64,000 nt of DNA from an uncultured Bacilli bacterium (lineage in GTDB: Bacteria > Bacillota_I > Bacilli_A > RFN20 > CAG-631). Shown one piece after another: positions 57,773 through 64,000 of this stretch. Each line of letters starts with the position of its first letter. Within the stretch, counting starts at the first letter, position 1. The translations under genes were made by a program, and so were the position numbers. The stretch covers positions 25,291 to 89,290 of the forward strand of contig CAKPXF010000005.1 in NCBI GenBank assembly GCA_934201705.1, in the 5' to 3' direction. A model generated the notes under the pieces. That model had not been told where the DNA came from and did no database searches. It saw only the letters and a program-made list of their open reading frames with translations.

Positions 57773-59107
57773 CTAATTATTATTAATATTATCAATAAAT
57801 TGTTTCAATAAAAACATTGTAAAATATGGTAAAGTATAAAATTTTCCATTATATCCTATATTTTTATTTGCAAATTTTATACCATATTTTACATCATTGT
57901 ATTTATTTTTATTAATTAAGTTATTAAGTGATGCTGTGGCATTATCACTGGATTTTATTTCAATTGGAATCAAACTATCTTTATCTCGTATAAAAAAATC
58001 TATTTCAATTTGTGAGCGTTCATCACTATAATAATATAATTTATAGCCATCCTTTATTAGCATTTCGCTAGCAACGCTTTCAAAAATTGCGCCTTTAAAT
58101 GTATTAAAGTTTTTATTGATTCTTAAATCATTTTGTACCTCATCATCAAGTGAAGCAATCAATAAACCAATATCATGGTAATATACCTTATATTTATATG
58201 GATTATAATTACCAGCAAGTGGCAAAGCAACTTCGTTTAAGCAATAGCAAAGATTTACAATTCCCGCATTAGATAGCCATTCAAAAGTACCAATATAATC
58301 TCTATTTTTAGCATTTTTACTTATTTTTGTTATTTGATATCTTTTATTTTCCTTACCTAAAAAATATGGTATATTTCTATATACATTTAATATCTTACCT
58401 TTTTCTATTCCTTTAGCATATTTAGTAATATCTTCTTCATAATCATTTATTAATTGCCTTTGCATAGTAAGAATATTTGAAAAGTTTTTATTATCTATAA
58501 ATTTTTTTACTATTGCTGGCATACCTCCAGTTATCAAATAATCGATAAAGCATTCTTGATAAACTTTTAATTCTAACTCTGAAAATGGAGTTAAAGAAAT
58601 TAAATGATTTAAAATATCGTTAATTTGTTTTTCATTATAATTTCTTGCCCATAATATTTCTTCAAAATCCATAGAATGCATAATGTATTCTTCTTTATAT
58701 CCAACACTATTTAATTGTATTTCATTATAGTTAATTCCCATTAATGATCCTGAACATATAACATCATATCTCCCATCTAATTTAAATTGTTTTAATGAAC
58801 TCATCCCCTTTGGACATAGCTGAATTTCATCAAAAAATATAATAGTATTATTATTTTCAAAAGTTGCAGATGGCATTATTAAAGAAATATTCTTTATAAT
58901 ATTATCTACATCATACCCATTATCAAAAATTGTAAAAAAAGCATCATTAGTAGAAAAATTAATTTCTATTACATTTTTATAATTTTCTTTTGCAAATTTA
59001 AGTATTGAATATGTTTTGCCAATTTGTCTAGCACCTTTAACAACAAGTGGTAAATGATCTTTTCTATTCTTCCATTCTTTTAAAAATATTTCAATTTTTC
59101 TTTTCAT
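57773..59107 (-). CDS. AAA-family ATPase with DUF4143-type C-terminal region (paralog of 37786..39135)
   Basis: Walker A GARQIGKTY and Walker B IIFFDEIQ, tail EIDFF...IEIK. I prefer ATG 59107 (GAGG RBS; MKRKIEIFLKEW aligns with MLKRKIFDELVKW of the paralog). Confidence 0.75.
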   Translation of the reverse strand: MKRKIEIFLKEWKNRKDHLPLVVKGARQIGKTYSILKFAKENYKNVIEINFSTNDAFFTIFDNGYDVDNIIKNISLIMPSATFENNNTIIFFDEIQLCPKGMSSLKQFKLDGRYDVICSGSLMGINYNEIQLNSVGYKEEYIMHSMDFEEILWARNYNEKQINDILNHLISLTPFSELELKVYQECFIDYLITGGMPAIVKKFIDNKNFSNILTMQRQLINDYEEDITKYAKGIEKGKILNVYRNIPYFLGKENKRYQITKISKNAKNRDYIGTFEWLSNAGIVNLCYCLNEVALPLAGNYNPYKYKVYYHDIGLLIASLDDEVQNDLRINKNFNTFKGAIFESVASEMLIKDGYKLYYYSDERSQIEIDFFIRDKDSLIPIEIKSSDNATASLNNLINKNKYNDVKYGIKFANKNIGYNGKFYTLPYFTMFLLKQFIDNINNN

Positions 59108-59127
59108 ACTATACCTCGCCATAAATA

Positions 59128-59245
59128 TTCTACACGTTTTACAATATAATTATAACTTAATTTTACACCTTTTACAATAAAGTATTGAACTGATTTTACA
59201 CCTTTTACAATAACAAGATAATTTGATTTTACACCTTTTACAATA
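59128..59245 (-). repeat. four 19-bp direct repeats with exact 33-bp period, overlapping the ATPase promoter
   Basis: Plus-strand TTTTACACCTTTTACAATA at 59161, 59194 and 59227, and the variant TTCTACACGTTTTACAATA at 59128. In gene orientation the unit is TATTGTAAAAGGTGTAAAA. The promoter TTGTAA (59177..59172), 17-nt spacer, TATAAT (59154..59149) uses repeat 2 as its -35. Confidence 0.9.
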
Positions 59246-59387
59246 TAAATGCTTCCTATAATTAATTAAGAAACATTAATTATTTTGTATTTTAATAATA
59301 TACCAATAGCAATTTTTAATATTTATTTTATTGTTACTTCAAAATAAATAAAAAGCATTTTAAGTTTTTCCTTAATAATGCTTTTCA

Positions 59388-60554
59388 TTAAAATATTTCT
59401 TTAACAAGTTTTTTTGAAAACTCATAAAATGAATTAAGTAAAATTAATTCTTTATCAATATCAGTTACTAAATTATATGTTAAGCCATCATAATTAATAA
59501 TTACACTTTTTTTAAAATGCTTACATATTGAATCACTACTTATAACAATAACATCTTTTCTTTTATTATTATCAATAAATTCATCAGCATTAATTTTTTC
59601 ATAATTAGTACTTTCATACATTGAATAATAAGTAACATTATTATAATTAAATAATTTAAAATAATCATTAAATAGGTTTAAATCATCTTCATTAGCATAA
59701 ACTAAAATCCTTTTATTAGTAAAATGCAAGACATTATTTATTTGTGTATATACATCATTATTTATTTTTAATAATTCTTTCTTTTTAAAAGGAACATTAA
59801 ATTCTTTATTAATTGTATTTAAATATTCATTAATACTTTGATAATTAATTGAATTAAAATATAAATAATCAATATCATACTTTTCTTTTAAGAATTTAGC
59901 TAGTTTTAAAGCAGTAAGTGATGTAATTATAATAAAATTAACCTTACTTAGCTTTAAATAGTCATCATATTTTATTTTATTTGAATCAACAAGTAAACAT
60001 TTTAAATCAAAATACTGATTTATAAATTTTTTAATTTCTATTTTTTTATTATAATTATAAATAGAATTATCTCCACCTATAATAGCATAAGAATTTATAA
60101 CTTTATTATCATTTGAATAGTTTAAAGATGTTAAATAGTTATAAAAATCATTTAAACCAGAATAATATGTTTCATGCATTTTTACATTAATAGTAAATAT
60201 ATTTATGTTAAACATTTTTTTATATTTATTAGCGAGTAAATTTAAATCAATTCCTAGCATTAGAACTAAGCTTGATGGTAGTAAAAGAATATGTTTATAG
60301 CCATCCTTAATAGCTTCATTAATAGAATTAATTGCCTTAGTAAAATCACCAATTGAAAGTTCTACTTCATTAATAGAAGTAGTATACAAATTGTTTTTTA
60401 TTCTAAATGGATACTTATAAGCTAAATCACCATGATTATAAACACCATGCCCTGAGGTTGAAATTTCAATTACTGCTAAATTATCTATTAAAGCAAATTT
60501 ATTATAAAGAGCCATTCTAGCACTTTTTAAAGTAAAATATTTATTTAGTCCCAT
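59388..60554 (-). CDS. nitrogenase component-1-like (NifK/NifN/BchB-position) protein, cluster cysteines absent
   Basis: Blocks in the expected order: ISTSGHGVYNHG (in place of H-G-P-x-G-C), TSINEVELSIGDFTKAINSINEAI (the E-x-D-x-V-F-G-G-like block) and LLLPSSLVLMLGIDLN (in place of S-T-C...IGDD). The start overlaps the upstream gene by 10 nt. Confidence 0.6.
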   Translation of the reverse strand: MGLNKYFTLKSARMALYNKFALIDNLAVIEISTSGHGVYNHGDLAYKYPFRIKNNLYTTSINEVELSIGDFTKAINSINEAIKDGYKHILLLPSSLVLMLGIDLNLLANKYKKMFNINIFTINVKMHETYYSGLNDFYNYLTSLNYSNDNKVINSYAIIGGDNSIYNYNKKIEIKKFINQYFDLKCLLVDSNKIKYDDYLKLSKVNFIIITSLTALKLAKFLKEKYDIDYLYFNSINYQSINEYLNTINKEFNVPFKKKELLKINNDVYTQINNVLHFTNKRILVYANEDDLNLFNDYFKLFNYNNVTYYSMYESTNYEKINADEFIDNNKRKDVIVISSDSICKHFKKSVIINYDGLTYNLVTDIDKELILLNSFYEFSKKLVKEIF

Positions 60555-61558
60555 AATAATACCTCATCAATTATATAGCATACCTTATCAAAATTAGAAA
60601 GATCATATAGTTTTTCATCATCAATAACTAAGTTATAGGTATTAGCGTTTTTATTTAAAGATAAAGAAGAATCAAATGATATTAAGCAATCATCATTTAA
60701 AGTCTTTAAGGCATTATAGACATTAATATTATAATTACTAGTAATTATTTTATTAATTTTTATTTGATAATCATAAAATAAAGTAGCTATATAAGGAGCA
60801 TAAAATGATTTAATTGATATCATTTTATATTTACTTGCAAATGCTTGTATTTTCTTTTCAATCTTTGAAATTTTATTTAAAGAAATATTTAATTCCTTAA
60901 AATAAGCTTTATAAAATGATAATGGTTGAATAATACTATTATTAATAATTATATGATTAGTAAATGAATTAAATAAAGCTAAATATTTATTATTATTAAT
61001 AATTATTGTTTTATAATGTAAGGCTTTATTTAAATTAGTTATGATATTTTTACTATAATTATTAATTACTATTTTTTCTTTATTAATATTATTATCATTT
61101 AAAAAGCATTTTAATGATAAATAAAAATCACTTAAAATATCATAGGAATTACAAGATGTATACTCTTCAACATTTAAAAAGATTAGCTTTTCATATTTAT
61201 TTACTAATGACTTGATATTTAAATTATTAATTTGAGGAATACAAGTTGATAAAACTAAAGTATTTCCTTTTAAGCTATTCATATATTTTAAGGTTTTATT
61301 TAATTCATCTAAGGAAGCAAAAACTATTTCTTTATCTGTTAATAAATAGCTATAATTTTTAACATTTTTATTAAAGATTACCTTTTTTGAATAAAATGAA
61401 CATTCAAAAACACCAATAACTAAAACATTAAAAGAGCTAAACATTGTTAACTCTTCAAGTATTACATCCATTTTACAATGTGTAGCTAAGCAATTCTTAT
61501 AGCTATTAAGATATTTGTATTTTACTAATTTTTTATTTACTATAAAATTATTTTTCAT
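60545..61558 (-). CDS. nitrogenase component-1-like (NifD/NifE/BchN/CfbD-position) protein
   Basis: Numbered from the track TTG start (61576): Cys34 (ATHC), Cys59 (IGVFEC) and Cys112 (LSTCIPQINNLNI). The 25/53 spacing mirrors the three cluster Cys of N/E/D-type subunits. YLLTDKEIVFASLDELNKTL block. Likely ATG 61558. Confidence 0.65.
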   Translation of the reverse strand: MKNNFIVNKKLVKYKYLNSYKNCLATHCKMDVILEELTMFSSFNVLVIGVFECSFYSKKVIFNKNVKNYSYLLTDKEIVFASLDELNKTLKYMNSLKGNTLVLSTCIPQINNLNIKSLVNKYEKLIFLNVEEYTSCNSYDILSDFYLSLKCFLNDNNINKEKIVINNYSKNIITNLNKALHYKTIIINNNKYLALFNSFTNHIIINNSIIQPLSFYKAYFKELNISLNKISKIEKKIQAFASKYKMISIKSFYAPYIATLFYDYQIKINKIITSNYNINVYNALKTLNDDCLISFDSSLSLNKNANTYNLVIDDEKLYDLSNFDKVCYIIDEVLLWD

Positions 61559-62291
61559 TGGCAATTTCCTTTGCAAGTTTCTTATATAGCTTACTCATAC
61601 TTGAGTCACTAAAGGCTTCAACAACTGTTTTATTTAGTTTTTCAGCTTCTTGTACTATTTTATCACGTGGCAAGGTAAAAAAAACATTGGCATTCATTTC
61701 TTTTGCTGCTTTTAATACAATTTCATCTTCATTTTCAATATTCTTTTTATTAACAATTAAGCCTTTAAACTTAGCATAGCCCTCTTGTGTGTTATCATTT
61801 ACAGCTTCAATTATATTATTAGCAGCATATAAAGCCATCATCTCACCACTGGTTACTACATATAATTCATCAGCATAGCCATTTCTAATTGGCATAGCAA
61901 AGCCACCACAAACAACATCTCCTAAAACATCATATAAAATAAAATCTGGTTGATATTTTTCTATTAAATTAAGCTCATTAATTTTTTCAAAAGCAGCGAT
62001 GATGCCTCGTCCAGCGCAACCACAGCCTGGACGAGGACCACCTGCTTCTAAGCAATAAACACCATCACTTCCTAAATGTAAAATATGTTTTTCGTCATCA
62101 ACACCTAATCTAATAGCATCTAAAACTGTCATTATTCTTTGACCATTATTATGTAAGATAGTTGAATCAGCCTTAGGATCACAACCTATTTGAAAGACTT
62201 TATAATTTAATTCTACTAAAGCTTTAGCTAGATTTGAAACTGTAGTAGATTTTCCAATTCCACCTTTTCCATAAATTGCAATTTTTTTCAT
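61548..62291 (-). CDS. NifH/BchL/CfbC-family ATPase (nitrogenase Fe-protein-like)
   Basis: Full-length collinearity with NifH from memory: AIYGKGGIGKSTT, IGCDPKADST, GGPRPGCGCAGRG, YDVLGDVVCGGFAMPIR, VTSGEMMALYAANNI. Both [4Fe-4S] Cys are conserved. Confidence 0.9.
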   Translation of the reverse strand: MKKIAIYGKGGIGKSTTVSNLAKALVELNYKVFQIGCDPKADSTILHNNGQRIMTVLDAIRLGVDDEKHILHLGSDGVYCLEAGGPRPGCGCAGRGIIAAFEKINELNLIEKYQPDFILYDVLGDVVCGGFAMPIRNGYADELYVVTSGEMMALYAANNIIEAVNDNTQEGYAKFKGLIVNKKNIENEDEIVLKAAKEMNANVFFTLPRDKIVQEAEKLNKTVVEAFSDSSMSKLYKKLAKEIANEK

Positions 62292-62295
62292 AAAA

Positions 62296-64000
62296 TTATT
62301 CTAATGTTCCTTCTTCACTATTAATAATAAATTCAAAGAATGATCCATAGAATGAATTAGCATCAACATTAAATACTAAAGAGTATCTAGCATTTAAATT
62401 GCCATATCCATCATCAAAGCTAAATAATAATGAATCAGCAAGTAGTGTTACTTTAGCACCTTCATAGCCTTTTTCATCTTCAATACTTAATTTTAATAAT
62501 TCATTAAAAAATGCTTCATTTACATCATAATTGAAACGACTTTCGCCACTTAATGATGTAGCTTCAAGGTTATTAAATGAAATTCCTTTAAATTCAGCAA
62601 TTGAAGTATATTTAGTAGGAAGATCCTCGACCATATATGGATCATTATGAGCACCATCAAAATAAATTGTTGCTTTCTTTACTGTACCATTAATTAAAGC
62701 ATAAAAGATAACATTTGTATTAAATCCTTCTTCATCTTCATTATAGTTTTCATATTCACTATAATAATATTTATCAGTAACATAAGTTGTAAATGTTTTA
62801 TTATTATAAATCTTTGTAAAGCTATACGAAGTTATTGTACTATTTTTAACAAATGAAGCAATATCTTCTTTACTTATAAAAGCATCACTTGAACTTAAAA
62901 ATTCATCAATAACGCTATAGCTTGCATTATTAATTTCACTAACAGTTGCGCTGGCTTTACATTCATTTAATAATAATGTTTCATCAGTAATTGATGAAAG
63001 CTTTAATGCATCATAAGCTTTAAATGTAATAGTATCCTTAGTAGTAGTAACGCTTAAGCCACTAACACTAGCTAAATCTAAGCCTTCAATAAATTTTAAA
63101 TATGAAGGGTTAGAAATGTAATATTCATTAGATGCAGCAATACGAGTAAATGATAATGTATCATAATCTTCAGTTGTTGTTAATGAAGAATAATCACTAA
63201 CTAAAGATGCTACTCTTGAGATATATCTTTGACTAGCACCAGTAATAGTAACACAAGGTGCTATTAATTTAACCTTACCTGAAGTAATTGTAAAATCATA
63301 CAAGAAGCTTTCAATTTTTATTACACCTTTATTATCAGTAATATTATAGTAATAAGAAGAATTATAAACATATTCTTTAGTTTCATTATTAGAAGAAACA
63401 CTTAATTTATAAGAGTTTAAGGTTGAACTATATTCATCACCACTATAAAGCTTGTTATAAGCGTTTTTAATATCTTGAATGCCATTTAAATTATATGAAG
63501 CATCTTTTGCTTCAAGTTCATTATATCTTAAAGGTAATAGTTTAATAATATTACTTAAATCACTCGTTAAAGCCTTATCATTATTAACTAATTCTTTAGC
63601 TAAATTATAGATGGTTTTAAATTTAGTTAAGCTATATGCTGTATAATTTCCTTCTTCATTTAAAACATTTTTATATTGATTAATTAATGTATTTAATTTT
63701 TCCTTTAAAGCATTTGTTTGATTATCAAAGCTACCAATACCCACATTTTCATATTCTTTAACAACACCAGTTAAAATTAAGCCATCACGCGTATTAGAAT
63801 TTTTATATTTACTCCATAATGAAATAACAAGCTCATTATTAGCATTAACCTTTAATGATACCTTATTAATATCATCCTTTGTATAATTTGTAGTATTAGC
63901 TACATCAAAGAAATAAGCTAAAGCATTTTTTGTTAAAGGTGATTCTTTAATGTCAATAAAGTATTCATCAATTTGTGAATTTAATGAAAGATTATCCTTT
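62296..64000 (-). CDS. large N/S/T/Y-rich protein of unknown function, 5'-partial (frame open to the right window edge)
   Basis: The track start (GTG 63744) is an artefact. I translated 63745-64000 in the same frame and found no stop (...KDNLSLNSQIDEYFIDIKESPLTKNALAYFFDVANTTNYTKDDINKVSLKVNANNELVISLWSKYKNSNTRDGLILTGVVKEYEN-VGIGSF...). The gene stops 4 nt before the NifH-like ATG. Confidence 0.6.
   Translation of the reverse strand, partial: KDNLSLNSQIDEYFIDIKESPLTKNALAYFFDVANTTNYTKDDINKVSLKVNANNELVISLWSKYKNSNTRDGLILTGVVKEYENVGIGSFDNQTNALKEKLNTLINQYKNVLNEEGNYTAYSLTKFKTIYNLAKELVNNDKALTSDLSNIIKLLPLRYNELEAKDASYNLNGIQDIKNAYNKLYSGDEYSSTLNSYKLSVSSNNETKEYVYNSSYYYNITDNKGVIKIESFLYDFTITSGKVKLIAPCVTITGASQRYISRVASLVSDYSSLTTTEDYDTLSFTRIAASNEYYISNPSYLKFIEGLDLASVSGLSVTTTKDTITFKAYDALKLSSITDETLLLNECKASATVSEINNASYSVIDEFLSSSDAFISKEDIASFVKNSTITSYSFTKIYNNKTFTTYVTDKYYYSEYENYNEDEEGFNTNVIFYALINGTVKKATIYFDGAHNDPYMVEDLPTKYTSIAEFKGISFNNLEATSLSGESRFNYDVNEAFFNELLKLSIEDEKGYEGAKVTLLADSLLFSFDDGYGNLNARYSLVFNVDANSFYGSFFEFIINSEEGTLE

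Noticed and set aside
59128-59245. CRISPR array
   Set aside because: The repeats are only 19 bp with 14-bp spacers and at most 4 units. They overlap a promoter and no cas genes are present. The 37.7-kb locus has only 2 units. This fits operator or iteron architecture better.
59388-62291. Could this be a genuine N2-fixing nitrogenase (nifHDK)?
   Set aside because: The two component-1-like proteins are only ~337 and 388 aa, whereas NifD/K are ~480-520 aa. One lacks all cluster cysteines. I see no FeMo-co ligand context, and no nifB/E/N/V or other nif genes in the window.
1-64000. Mollicutes-type genetic code (TGA = Trp), given the very low GC
   Set aside because: TGA ends several well-supported genes with coupled downstream starts (GRE at 41835, hipB-like at 47746, relB at 55556). 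Long ORFs are intact under the standard code.

Overview
This is an AT-rich bacterial chromosomal window (roughly 27-30% GC by eye). It uses the standard genetic code: TAA, TGA and TAG all end well-supported genes. Gene content resembles a low-GC Bacillota anaerobe (Clostridia/Erysipelotrichia-like); that placement is inference only. I can support about 55 protein genes, one T-box leader, several promoters, operators and terminators, and several pseudogene fragments. I saw no rRNA, tRNA or CRISPR array.

Layout:
- 1-37.5 kb is mostly housekeeping (valS, nadE, rsuA, rlmA, a Fur-type regulator, PGM/PMM, csp, gpsA, ade) mixed with transporters (2 MATE, ClC, MacB-type ABC) and a GH31 locus.
- 37.8-59.1 kb is an accessory-looking stretch bracketed by two inverted DUF4143/AAA-ATPase paralogs. 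It holds a glycyl-radical-enzyme sugar locus, decayed hipBA and relB-PIN modules, a WYL regulator and a TetR-linked small-molecule cluster.
- 59.4-64 kb is a nitrogenase-like NifH plus two component-1-like genes, co-oriented with a large N/S/T-rich protein.

Best candidates for something undescribed:
1. The nitrogenase-like three-gene module, in which one component-1 subunit has lost its cluster cysteines.
2. The C-x-E class glycyl radical enzyme with activase and FGGY kinase, divergent from a PMI-like gene and a ROK regulator.
3. The 33-bp-periodic repeat arrays with a shared core upstream of both DUF4143 ATPase paralogs.
4. A ~3.2 kb insertion that replaced the nadE 3' end and left the old 3' end as a fossil.
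5. An uncharacterised ~550-600 aa paralog pair flanking the GH31 locus.

All coordinates were derived by hand. Family assignments come from motif recognition, not searches.
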